Below are positions 55,333 to 64,000 of a DNA stretch of 64,000 bases, one piece after another (position 1 is the stretch's first letter; every line of letters starts with the position of its first letter). Source of the DNA: a virus. Its lineage: Duplodnaviria > Caudoviricetes. The notes beneath the pieces are model-generated. The model searched no databases. It worked only from the letters and a program-made list of their open reading frames with translations, and was not told the origin of the DNA. Location: positions 160,001 to 224,000 of the IMG/VR virus record IMGVR_UViG_3300037721_000031; one strand, 5' to 3'. Position numbers and translations under genes: made by a program.

Positions 55333-55863
55333 TTATGCCGCAACAAGGAACGAGCTCATCCTGAACTTATAGTTCCATAAAGCATGTTTTGAAGTAAAGC
55401 CTTGCTCTCTTAACTTTAGACGTAGAGCATCACTCCATGTTCTCACTTCTTCTGGCGAGTTACACCATTCGTGAGTAATGTATTCCTCATCAACAAAGAT
55501 ACCTAATCTGTTATAGAACTGAAAAGACTCACGGTCTTTATTTCCAAGAAATGCGTAACAGTCATTATTATCACGTGCTGATTTCTTAATAACCTCAAGC
55601 ACTAATCTCTCACCGATTTTATTTCCACGGTGATCTGGTCTAACATAAGTACCGATTCTACCATTATGTTCTAGAACACAGACACCAATATCATTTCCAT
55701 TAATATCGGTTGCTAGAGAGACTACTGCTTTAGTTTTCTCATTCTCAATAACTACGTCCCATAACGTAACGCGTAACGTACCGTCATTTCCGTTATGTAA
55801 AGAGGCTGACAATGCTCTTTCAGCGTTAGACTTTGCATTATCAGCTTGTACAAAAACATTCAT
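55333..55863 (-). CDS. GNAT-family acetyltransferase
   Basis: YVRPDHRGNKIG (R..G.G) acetyl-CoA motif; FY..LG. Confidence 0.8.
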   Translation of the reverse strand: MNVFVQADNAKSNAERALSASLHNGNDGTLRVTLWDVVIENEKTKAVVSLATDINGNDIGVCVLEHNGRIGTYVRPDHRGNKIGERLVLEVIKKSARDNNDCYAFLGNKDRESFQFYNRLGIFVDEEYITHEWCNSPEEVRTWSDALRLKLREQGFTSKHALWNYKFRMSSFLVAA

Positions 55864-55896
55864 CTCCGCTTCCTTAAAGATTTTCTGCGGGCTGTA

Positions 55897-56310
55897 TCAA
55901 ATCAGCTTACTGATATAGCTTTTACGCTTTTCAATATGCAGTTTGAATTGTCGCCAAAAATCTTGCTTCCCTTCAAACTGCACAAACCTTGGATGACTCA
56001 TGTCAAAGCATTCTTTCAAGTGCTTAGCAGCATTCTCGTGACCTGTAATTTCTTCAACCGACATGTTCACCATCGAAAGCTGCTTTTCCTGAGAGTGTCC
56101 GGAAATCAACGCAGACAGTACGTTCTCATTCAGCTTATCGAATGCTGTCAATCGATTATCATTGAGCTGAGGAAGTGGCATGGTAGCATCATTAGGTTCG
56201 TGGTCAGGGAAGAAGGCAGAATAACGTTTCTTTCCAACCATCAAAAGTGTATTCGACTCAACTCCACCATTTAGCATTTCGTTCATGATCCTAATCCTTT
56301 TATAAGACAA
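55897..56310 (-). CDS. Hypothetical protein (shares C-terminus with 56527)
   Basis: E.RKSYI.KL ending. Confidence 0.65.
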   Translation of the reverse strand: MSYKRIRIMNEMLNGGVESNTLLMVGKKRYSAFFPDHEPNDATMPLPQLNDNRLTAFDKLNENVLSALISGHSQEKQLSMVNMSVEEITGHENAAKHLKECFDMSHPRFVQFEGKQDFWRQFKLHIEKRKSYISKLI

Positions 56311-56320
56311 GTAAAGAGAA

Positions 56321-56524
56321 CTACCTGGGCTTCACGCAAGACAATGGACTACGTTTCCATTGTGCTTTACGTTTAACTTTATCATGATCTCTTTTGGGAG
56401 GCATCTTAAGAGCCTCAACCCATCTACCAAGAAATCCAGTATACTCGTTTGAGTAAGTTATTGTACCATCTGAATTCATGATAGATGCTATCGACCCAAC
56501 ATGACGTCTTTGATGAAAAGACAT
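56321..56524 (-). CDS. Basic hypothetical protein
   Basis: Short ORF. Confidence 0.55.
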   Translation of the reverse strand: MSFHQRRHVGSIASIMNSDGTITYSNEYTGFLGRWVEALKMPPKRDHDKVKRKAQWKRSPLSCVKPR

Positions 56525-56526
56525 AG

Positions 56527-56859
56527 TTAGTCCTCCGTGACAGGCGTAAGTTTATGAATGTAACTTTTCCGTCTTTCCATTAGCACTTTTAACTTCGACA
56601 GTCTTTCTTTACTAGACAATAAATGAATAGTCATTCTGTCATCTGGACCTCTTTTAGCTGCTATCCTATCCATACTCATTTCTAGCTTATGGATGTTTTC
56701 AGAGGACATTCTCATATACTCAATCTGCTCTTTATACGAGAAATCTCTTAACAGCATGAATAAGTCACACTCATTTACACTGTCATTTCCAAATAGATTT
56801 GGATTATTAAACTGAGGTAAAAGCCAATCATCATCTAAAGAGTCTTTTTCAGGTGTCAC
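56527..56859 (-). CDS. Hypothetical protein
   Basis: Paralogue of the 55897 C-terminus. Confidence 0.65.
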   Translation of the reverse strand: MTPEKDSLDDDWLLPQFNNPNLFGNDSVNECDLFMLLRDFSYKEQIEYMRMSSENIHKLEMSMDRIAAKRGPDDRMTIHLLSSKERLSKLKVLMERRKSYIHKLTPVTED

Positions 56860-56879
56860 GATAATTCCTAGCTGTGTAT

Positions 56880-57077
56880 TCAGTGACGCGGTTTCGACAC
56901 ATACTTATATTCGAATGTCTCAACTGAACGAGTCGGATCGGTACGACGACGATAAACTGTAGTAAACCATACCCAGTCTCCATAAATACAGACTGGGTAC
57001 CAGGCAAACCATTTATGCCAAGCAGTCCTAAGCATGAAATTAGCTCCTTCAAAATTTCTTACGGTAGTCGTAACCAT
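56880..57077 (-). CDS. Trp-rich small protein (W.KWFAW.PV family)
   Basis: Tandem paralogue of 57049. Confidence 0.7.
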   Translation of the reverse strand: MVTTTVRNFEGANFMLRTAWHKWFAWYPVCIYGDWVWFTTVYRRRTDPTRSVETFEYKYVSKPRH

Positions 57078-57318
57078 TTTTCATTGTTGTGCTACCGCAA
57101 AAGCCAATAAACGTCATAAAACCATGGCTCCAATGAGAAGTGAAGGATACGTATCTTCGTCTTTCAATTACTTTTAACCATGTCCACTTACCGCCGACGA
57201 GTTTTACAGGATGCCAAGCGAACCATTTATTCCATACATGTGAATACATTTTTTTGCATCTTTCTCTATTTATATCTATTAATTCGACGCGATTGTAACG
57301 ATATCTTGGCTTTAACAC
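57049..57318 (-). CDS. Trp-rich small protein (W.KWFAW.PV family)
   Basis: Tandem paralogue; start uncertain. Confidence 0.65.
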   Translation of the reverse strand: MLKPRYRYNRVELIDINRERCKKMYSHVWNKWFAWHPVKLVGGKWTWLKVIERRRYVSFTSHWSHGFMTFIGFCGSTTMKNGYDYRKKF

Positions 57319-57481
57319 GCTTCTGAGTCTTACTCATTCTCTTCTTATTGCCTGTCCGTGTTCTTCCATTAGATTGTGTCCAAATGCTAGGAAAACTCCC
57401 AGATACCTGTTGGTAAGCACCTGTAACTGACGATGTATCAACATACTTAGAAAGACTTGCACGTTCAACACTTTGTAGCAT
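57266..57481 (-). CDS. Basic hypothetical protein
   Basis: ORF with SD GGAG. Confidence 0.55.
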   Translation of the reverse strand: MLQSVERASLSKYVDTSSVTGAYQQVSGSFPSIWTQSNGRTRTGNKKRMSKTQKRVKAKISLQSRRINRYK

Positions 57482-57719
57482 TTTAAACTCCGTTGTGAAA
57501 AGTAGATTAAAAGTTCACCTCTAATCTACATGAAACACTTACTTACGCTTTAATCCAGCTCTTTGTTTATGCTTACTTGGACGATGTGGCTTGAGGATAA
57601 CTCCCGACATACCTAACCAATGAGGATGTGTCTTACCGACAATGATGGGATATCCCTCACTATTACTTAGCTTGGGATGATCCGGAACACTCAATGTTTT
57701 ATTTTTAGGCATGTTGATT

Positions 57720-58292
57720 CTACTGTAGGTTAGCTGGGTTTTCCATGATCACCTCTAGCTTCAGATGTGGCATACAAACTGTTTCAGTCTCAACAGTATC
57801 GTCGAGAAAGAAAGCGGTGATGGTCGGAAGCGGATTACCGAGCTGGACGTGTTTCCTTTGATTCCAGCTCATCCAGTCACGAAATGCTTTTTGTTTATTC
57901 CAGAAATCATTGATATCCATCCTACTGACGGAATCCTTAGAGATAAAGTTATTTACGTCAGCAAGAACCTCACGTACATGCTCCATGTGAGGGACAATCG
58001 TAAACTTACATCCAAGTGCTTTCTCGAGAAACGGTTGGACATGTTCCTGGAATTTAAACAAATCAGCGTCGTCATCGATAGCGAAAGAGAAAACACTGAC
58101 TGTGTCTGGACTGAACTCTTCGATAACTCTCTTTACTAAGTCGATGTTGATGAAGTCCACATCCTGCCAGCTACCGAGACATGGTGTGATGACTGTATCC
58201 TCAAGGTCAAGAAACAAATGTTTACCATCACCAAGCAGCATACTTTTGAGAACACTGCTAAAACCAAGAGCCGATTGCATGATTAACTCCAA
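57720..58292 (-). CDS. HAD-like phosphatase
   Basis: LFLDLEDT motif I, FFLDD motif IV. Confidence 0.65.
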   Translation of the reverse strand: MELIMQSALGFSSVLKSMLLGDGKHLFLDLEDTVITPCLGSWQDVDFINIDLVKRVIEEFSPDTVSVFSFAIDDDADLFKFQEHVQPFLEKALGCKFTIVPHMEHVREVLADVNNFISKDSVSRMDINDFWNKQKAFRDWMSWNQRKHVQLGNPLPTITAFFLDDTVETETVCMPHLKLEVIMENPANLQ

Positions 58293-58327
58293 TTGATTAA
58301 AGAGGTTTGTAAGTAGCTAACTAGAGA

Positions 58328-58801
58328 TTACGAATCTCCGATGTGTGCGTGTGAGAACTGTACCAAGATAGGAGCTACGATCCACTCGTGTTTACTACCT
58401 TGCATCGTAATAGCACTTTCTGCTTGCTCCGCAGTTGTAAACTTTATCGCATCACGAAACTTTACCGAATTGTCAGGAGATGTAAATGCGTGTACTGACA
58501 CATACTCCGTAATACTCACACTAGCTGGTTTCTTATTCATACCCATATAACGATATGTTCCTGTGTCAAGAGAGTCTCGCAGACACACCACATACATTTC
58601 CTGATCATACATTTCGACATGACCAATAGTTTCCCAACTTACACCTGGAAAAATCTCCATACACTTCAAGCAAACATCTCGTGAAGTGTCATGTTCCATA
58701 AGTTGAGGGTGAAACCTACCATCAACAAGCATAAGGTATTTACCATTACTGGTATGATGGAGTTGCAATGTGGGTTTGCGATTGTCAATCAAATTACTCA
58801 T
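58328..58801 (-). CDS. Hypothetical protein
   Basis: ORF with SD. Confidence 0.7.
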   Translation of the reverse strand: MSNLIDNRKPTLQLHHTSNGKYLMLVDGRFHPQLMEHDTSRDVCLKCMEIFPGVSWETIGHVEMYDQEMYVVCLRDSLDTGTYRYMGMNKKPASVSITEYVSVHAFTSPDNSVKFRDAIKFTTAEQAESAITMQGSKHEWIVAPILVQFSHAHIGDS

Positions 58802-58950
58802 TTGTTATTCCTTTGAAGTAAAAGAAGTACTCATCACAGCATAAAAGATAAAAGGCTTGTGGAAATAATCCACAAGCCTTTTATGACGCATTAACAGTAC
58901 ACCATTCTCAGTCACGAGAATGGTGTACTCAACATCACCATTTACTACCT

Positions 58951-59217
58951 TCACTCTTTCAAGATATGACTCTTCTTAATGATCTGGATATCAGACAACT
59001 CCTGAATAGTTTTCGAAGCAGATCCATTACCGTAGAATTTACGAGGATTCCCACAAAGGTGGCAACTGCAATTCTTGGCCGTACTAACAACCATTCCTAA
59101 AAACCTATTAAGATTATCAGGAAAATTCTTAGCATACCCGTGATAACTTTTGCGATTATTACGTAAACGCTTTACTTCGTGACGACGTTCCGACCTCTTG
59201 AAAGACTTCTGTTGCAT
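58951..59217 (-). CDS. Basic Zn-binding protein (CSC.LCGNPRK family)
   Basis: CSCHLCGNPRK motif. Confidence 0.75.
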   Translation of the reverse strand: MQQKSFKRSERRHEVKRLRNNRKSYHGYAKNFPDNLNRFLGMVVSTAKNCSCHLCGNPRKFYGNGSASKTIQELSDIQIIKKSHILKE

Positions 59218-59414
59218 ATTGACTCTCCGAATAGATCGGCGGCCCGGTGGACAGCATCGATCTGATCAGAGAACCAAAAATTAAACTTGATTTCATATTT
59301 ACTCCATTGCACGGGAGACACAGTAACCGAAACCTATGATTATAACTCCAGTAAATATCAACGTTTCGATAACCATTATGATCTCACTTAAGCTGATTTC
59401 TCACATGTATCTAT

Positions 59415-59765
59415 CTAACTTATCTGTTTTCGACAATATTGGATATTCAAATAATCCTTAGATGTCAGTCCAAACCATAGAAGAATACGGCTCCAGTAAC
59501 TAAGTCCAACATACTCATTTAAAGACGAATACAACATAGGTCGGCCATGACTAGCATCCCACGTAATGTATGGTGCAACTCTTCCTCGAAAGTAGAATTT
59601 GTTTTTGATAGACCATACTCTAATGTCAGTATAAAGCTTTTCATACTGCCTATCTATACTGTCTCTAGAAAGTACTTCTTGTCTCTTCAATAAAAGAACT
59701 ACTGATATTGGTACAATAAGAACCAATACAGAAATCACAATCATACTGATAGTAACACTTTCCAT
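59415..59765 (-). CDS. Membrane-anchored protein, family member 1
   Basis: N-terminal TM; V.PYI...LLW...L.I.YC shared with 60741 and 61178. Confidence 0.7.
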   Translation of the reverse strand: MESVTISMIVISVLVLIVPISVVLLLKRQEVLSRDSIDRQYEKLYTDIRVWSIKNKFYFRGRVAPYITWDASHGRPMLYSSLNEYVGLSYWSRILLWFGLTSKDYLNIQYCRKQIS

Positions 59766-59797
59766 GAGATGATCACCTTGTATTAATGAGTAATTCT

Positions 59798-60136
59798 CTA
59801 AACATTTAAACCGCGACGTGTCTCTCTCAGTGTACTCAATTTCTTTTCGTATTCAGAAATGAGTTCATCTAAAAGTTGCTTTGCATGAGCCTCAGCTTCT
59901 TGCTTTTTATCAAAATGCTGACGCTTGCAACGTCGCAGTAGTGGCATTCCATCCATAGGTCCATACTTACTAGGAACTGTAGCGTACTTCTTATCGTATT
60001 CACCAACTTGAATAACTTGATAGTTATTCTCAGTTTCCACAATCCACTTCTTAGTGTCTTGATTAGGTACGTACGTGCATGTGCAGCGAAGCTTACCACA
60101 TTTGTTACACATCATCTCGGCGTAATAATGTCCCAT
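59798..60136 (-). CDS. Hypothetical Zn-finger phage protein
   Basis: MGHY..EM.C..C....C.C. Confidence 0.7.
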   Translation of the reverse strand: MGHYYAEMMCNKCGKLRCTCTYVPNQDTKKWIVETENNYQVIQVGEYDKKYATVPSKYGPMDGMPLLRRCKRQHFDKKQEAEAHAKQLLDELISEYEKKLSTLRETRRGLNV

Positions 60137-60150
60137 CTTTTACTCCTTAA

Positions 60151-60762
60151 CTAGACAAATGTTTTCGACTTATATTCAACTGCTTGTTGTACTGACAAAT
60201 TCATCACATTAATTCTATTTTGCAGAGTGCTTTCAGCCACGCTAGTTCTTCTAGATATTTCAGGTAATGTTAATTGCTCACCTTTATATTCATAGAAAAC
60301 GTTTCTTCTTGTATTACTTTGTTGTTCTACCATGGTAGCCCATCTGCAATTATTTTTTTCGTAATCACTATTATTTTCTTTTCTATCCAGTGTATGCTCT
60401 GGGCTAGGCTTCTGACCCATGTCACGGTAGAAAGCTTCAAAACTATTCATCCATTCGTCACAGACTCTTATACCTCTACCGCCATAATCATGATATTGTT
60501 GATTATTAGGGTTAGTACAGCGAGCCTTCATTGATTGCCAAGAAATATACTCTGGAGTGCGGTACATGCCATGAATAGCAACCAGACATCCACAGTTTTG
60601 AGTGTGTCCGCTATTTAAATTACTAGAAATTACTGTAGTAATCCTACCACACACACATTGACAATTCCATCTTGATGTCCTGTTCTTACTACTAACAGGA
60701 TCTTTAGATATTACAGTCAATCTACCAAATACTTGTCCTATTAAATAAGCTGTACTACCCAT
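60151..60762 (-). CDS. Putative homing endonuclease (paralogue of 37709)
   Basis: FGRLTV...WNC.C.CG; YGGRGI.VCDEW; TLDR...NCRWAT. Confidence 0.8.
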   Translation of the reverse strand: MGSTAYLIGQVFGRLTVISKDPVSSKNRTSRWNCQCVCGRITTVISSNLNSGHTQNCGCLVAIHGMYRTPEYISWQSMKARCTNPNNQQYHDYGGRGIRVCDEWMNSFEAFYRDMGQKPSPEHTLDRKENNSDYEKNNCRWATMVEQQSNTRRNVFYEYKGEQLTLPEISRRTSVAESTLQNRINVMNLSVQQAVEYKSKTFV

Positions 60763-61172
60763 TTCTTCTTCCTTAAATGAGATTTAGAAGCTAAAAGAAA
60801 TCTCTTAGATGACTTCATCATCTCTTTACAGTACTTAATATCCAACTTATCAACTGAACTAAATCTAGCCCAGAGTAAAAAGCGATCAATATAGGTAAGC
60901 CAATGCACACTACCTACGATCGTATAAATATATGGTCCGTCCACATGATCTCGCTGAATATACGGAACAGTATCTCGCTCATATGTGAAACCTTTTGAGC
61001 TGATAAACATTCGAATTTTACTCTTTACGAGATCCTTTTCGAAGTCAAGTTCAATCCTGGACATTCGTACATGATCGTAAATAATAATACTAAGCAGTAA
61101 AAGCAAAAGTAACGGTACAATGATAGTGGACATTAGTGCACTAAATATCTCTTGAAATAACGATGTTTCCAT
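60741..61172 (-). CDS. Membrane-anchored protein, family member 2
   Basis: Motifs shared with 59415 and 61178. Confidence 0.7.
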   Translation of the reverse strand: METSLFQEIFSALMSTIIVPLLLLLLLSIIIYDHVRMSRIELDFEKDLVKSKIRMFISSKGFTYERDTVPYIQRDHVDGPYIYTIVGSVHWLTYIDRFLLWARFSSVDKLDIKYCKEMMKSSKRFLLASKSHLRKKKWVVQLI

Positions 61173-61177
61173 TTTAT

Positions 61178-61582
61178 TTACTCCTTAAGAGCATAAATGT
61201 TTAAGACCGCACGTGAGTATTTCTGAATGCATTGACGACTGTACTTAATATCTAAACGATCAACAGAGCTCAACTTAAGACAAAGTAAAAGACGATCCAA
61301 CAAAGACATCCAGATAAACCCACCTGAAGACAAATGCAGCAAGTGTCCAAATGCAGACACTCGTTCAATATGTGGGTCGATGTATCCGATAGACTTGAGA
61401 TCGTGCTTAAACAAGAATGCTTCGATCTCACCTTTCAACTTTTGCTTCTCTATGACTAACTTTGTCCGAGACATAAATATATCACTCTGCGCAAGCAGTA
61501 TCAAAAGTAAAATGATAGCTAAAGGCGCAATGAAGATACCGATTACTGCTTTGAGTACAGCTACTGACAGTAGAGTTTCCAT
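61178..61582 (-). CDS. Membrane-anchored protein, family member 3
   Basis: Shares SSVD.LDIKY with 60741. Confidence 0.7.
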   Translation of the reverse strand: METLLSVAVLKAVIGIFIAPLAIILLLILLAQSDIFMSRTKLVIEKQKLKGEIEAFLFKHDLKSIGYIDPHIERVSAFGHLLHLSSGGFIWMSLLDRLLLCLKLSSVDRLDIKYSRQCIQKYSRAVLNIYALKE

Positions 61583-61626
61583 GTAATTTCCTTGTGGTTA
61601 ACTGCAGAATCTTTGATAAGCTCTAG

Positions 61627-61866
61627 TCAGAAAAGCTTAGGTGGACGACATACACCAATATACTTCCAGCCAACTGTATTTACAGGAGATGTATTCGTAC
61701 CGTCATCTCCTGACATAAACCATTTCTTTAAACTAGGTGACCACCTTAAAACAACTGACTCGTATACACCATTACGACCATCAAAGCAGGGCTTCAAATA
61801 GTAGTACCCTACCGAATCAATATACTCTCTTGGTGGTGAGGGTTCAGTAAGAATTAAAGTGGTCAC
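61627..61866 (-). CDS. Hypothetical protein (paralogue of 49311)
   Basis: Motif shared with 49311. Confidence 0.7.
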   Translation of the reverse strand: MTTLILTEPSPPREYIDSVGYYYLKPCFDGRNGVYESVVLRWSPSLKKWFMSGDDGTNTSPVNTVGWKYIGVCRPPKLF

Positions 61867-61897
61867 TATATTCTCTCAGTATTGTTTAAGATCCAAC

Positions 61898-62128
61898 CTA
61901 GTACTTCGGTATCCATTTCTCTGGAACTTCTGTTCCTTTAATCTTATCTGCTTCAGTCTTATCTATAACTGGATTCGGTACTTTCTTTGTATTATAGACA
62001 AGAGGTTTATTCACACGTAATGGACCTGTCTCAACCGGCTTATTATTTTTTCCTTTATAATTAGGATTTTTTCTCTCATTGATCAAGTCCATTACTGACT
62101 TTGTCTTGATAACGATAGGTCGTCTCAT
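61898..62128 (-). CDS. Basic hypothetical protein
   Basis: Short ORF. Confidence 0.6.
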   Translation of the reverse strand: MRRPIVIKTKSVMDLINERKNPNYKGKNNKPVETGPLRVNKPLVYNTKKVPNPVIDKTEADKIKGTEVPEKWIPKY

Positions 62129-62173
62129 CTTGAAAGACTTTCTCAGCTAAGTTAGTAGATGTCTTTATAAGGA

Positions 62174-62695
62174 TTACTTGATGACCTTAAAGACCCTATT
62201 CACCACATCAATAGTTTTACCATTGATAACGCAGCTCATACGGTCATCTTCACGTACAAGTTGCATTCTACCTTCAAACTTGTAGTATGTATCCCCCACT
62301 ACATCATTGGACATGACAACAGTCTCGTAGACTTCAGTGACAAGTCCAGAAAATGCTTCATAAACTGAAACACCACCAATCAACCACGGCACTGCTGTTT
62401 CTTTACACGGTGATGCATTTTCATAACTGCGTACGATCTCCATCACTCTAGCCGGTGAACCAGCAAGGTGCATGTCAGCATGACCAAAATGATCTCGCGA
62501 TTGTGAAGACAGTACAATATTGATACGACCGTCCAAAGGTTTCTTTGGTAGCGAATCCCAAGTCTTACGACCCATAACGACAATACCGCCATTCGTCAAC
62601 TGCTTAAATCGAGTCAAGTCACCCGGGATGCGCCAGGGCAATTTATTGTTAAGACCGATAACGTTGTTCAAAGAGCGGGCGTAAATTAATTTCAA
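62174..62695 (-). CDS. folA: Dihydrofolate reductase
   Basis: IG...LPW.IPGD...FK..T....VVMGRKTWDSLP..PL.GR.NIVLS; IGG. Confidence 0.95.
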   Translation of the reverse strand: MKLIYARSLNNVIGLNNKLPWRIPGDLTRFKQLTNGGIVVMGRKTWDSLPKKPLDGRINIVLSSQSRDHFGHADMHLAGSPARVMEIVRSYENASPCKETAVPWLIGGVSVYEAFSGLVTEVYETVVMSNDVVGDTYYKFEGRMQLVREDDRMSCVINGKTIDVVNRVFKVIK

Positions 62696-62765
62696 GATAG
62701 GCTCCTAATTACCTAAATTTAAGATGGACTAGTATGTGTCTAAATTTAGACACATACTAGTCCTA

Positions 62766-63347
62766 TTACTTTTCAACCTTATACTGAGTAGTTTCACCGC
62801 CATAACCAAGATTTACAGAAGTGTTCTTGTCTTGTGAGAGAATGTGCTCACGTCCAAGATCCCATGCTTCACATTCTGGCGATCCAGAAGCATAAGGATT
62901 GTTCAGCTCTTTCCTTCGTGCTTGACCCACGCCTTGCTCGTAAGCAGTAGTAATACGTAGTATCAGAGAAGATGATACTCTTTGAGCACTGTGCCAATGA
63001 CCAGGCGTAACCTCAATCATCGGATTACCCAGAATGTCTACTGGAAACCAAGCTCCAGGAGCTGGAAACGGCTTCGGTGTATCTGGCTTTTCACGACAAC
63101 GAATGCCTGCACTAAATGCAGAAGCTATCTGAGGTGTCCATTCCAAATCTGGCGTTAGACTATACACGACTGTCGCTGTCTTGATCTCATCATTAGACCA
63201 CGGTACGAGAGAAGTTGTTGGGTACTTATTCTCCCACTTTTCAGGATATGGTTGCGGATTCTGAAAAGATCCTACACTACTACGTGCTCCTGACTTTATG
63301 TCCTCGATACCTTCTTTCATAACTTTTTCATACAGCGAATTACTCAT
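62766..63347 (-). CDS. Hypothetical protein with RMF-like C-terminal motif
   Basis: AYEQG.......NPY......AW..G. Confidence 0.55.
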   Translation of the reverse strand: MSNSLYEKVMKEGIEDIKSGARSSVGSFQNPQPYPEKWENKYPTTSLVPWSNDEIKTATVVYSLTPDLEWTPQIASAFSAGIRCREKPDTPKPFPAPGAWFPVDILGNPMIEVTPGHWHSAQRVSSSLILRITTAYEQGVGQARRKELNNPYASGSPECEAWDLGREHILSQDKNTSVNLGYGGETTQYKVEK

Positions 63348-63398
63348 GACATATCCTGGTTAGGTTCAAGAGGTTTAAGAACTATCAGTTTAAAGAAA

Positions 63399-63704
63399 TT
63401 ACTGAATCAGATTCTCGAAGAATAGCTCAATGTAGACTGAGACCTTCACAACAGACATGATTGCAAAGCGAGTCTGAATGATAGGATCTTGTTGTGACCA
63501 GTAAGGATCTGTCTGAACAAAATGACAAAATGCAACCTGAATGTCCTTACTCCATCCACCATCTAAATTACTTTTATTAAATTTGTTCTTTATCAGTGAA
63601 TCGAGAACAAACTGATAACATTCTTTTTCCAACTTAGTCAGCATCTCGCTACCAAGTACACTCATGGAGAATATATTTTCAGCAGTAAGAGATTGACTAA
63701 GCAT
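63399..63704 (-). CDS. Hypothetical protein
   Basis: ORF with SD. Confidence 0.65.
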   Translation of the reverse strand: MLSQSLTAENIFSMSVLGSEMLTKLEKECYQFVLDSLIKNKFNKSNLDGGWSKDIQVAFCHFVQTDPYWSQQDPIIQTRFAIMSVVKVSVYIELFFENLIQ

Positions 63705-63797
63705 CTTCTTTCCTTTATTACAAGTAATAAATAGATAGGAACTTACAGACTATGTTTCTTAGGGCGATAGCTAAAAAATCATTATTATTTTATTTCT

Positions 63798-63992
63798 TTA
63801 AATAATTCTAATACTACCTTGACCTTCAGAATTACCAACTCGATATGTTGCTTCAACCTCAAACTCACCAGGTTTCAGATCTTCACCCATAACTGAATAG
63901 CTAATCCGTCCTTCCATTGAATCGTTATTCTCAATGGACTTCTTGATGTCTTCAAGTACCGCTAGTAACTGTTGTTTATTCAGAGTTTTCAT
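63798..63992 (-). CDS. Hypothetical phage protein
   Basis: 64-aa ORF. Confidence 0.65.
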   Translation of the reverse strand: MKTLNKQQLLAVLEDIKKSIENNDSMEGRISYSVMGEDLKPGEFEVEATYRVGNSEGQGSIRII

Positions 63993-64000
63993 TTTACATA

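Noticed and set aside
7793-62128. Numerous plus-strand ORFs antisense to real genes (e.g. 11552, 19726, 21163, 42467, 48757, 55846)
   Set aside because: Shadow frames of well-supported minus-strand genes, with no motifs or SD sites.
1-64000. Stop-codon reassignment
   Set aside because: Conserved genes (recJ, dcd, phoH, folA, helicase) are full length in the standard code, and no suppressor tRNA is present.

Overview
AT-rich segment of a jumbo bacteriophage genome. A phiKZ-related/Chimalliviridae-like phage of a Gram-negative host is inferred from the gene families, the TATTAC-like promoters and the GCATAAA-flanked hairpin terminators. Almost all genes are on the minus strand. Bases ~390-6860 form a tRNA/ncRNA island. 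It holds seven intact-looking tRNAs, one degenerate tRNA, one half tRNA, two HNH genes and a Tad1-like anti-defence protein. It also holds four large structured non-coding RNAs: a 324-nt tRNA scaffold with a 257-nt insert in place of the anticodon loop; a ~960-nt ORF-less group I intron with no host gene and a tRNA-like domain inside L6; a ~255-nt leader RNA; and a ~1-kb hairpin-rich RNA ending in CCA. The intron and the 1-kb RNA share an identical bipartite motif. The rest of the window is accessory and metabolic genes (PhoH, RlmN-like radical SAM, HslV-like, SleB, thioredoxin, RecJ, Dcd, SspB, macro-like, WYL, TrpF-like, ART-like pair, M48, SNF2-like helicase, GNAT, HADs, DHFR), a plus-strand cassette of LDGF-repeat and MPHQID paralogous virion proteins, and many small paralogous hypothetical genes. 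All family assignments come from motifs read by eye, and all RNA folds were paired by hand. No database search or folding program was run.
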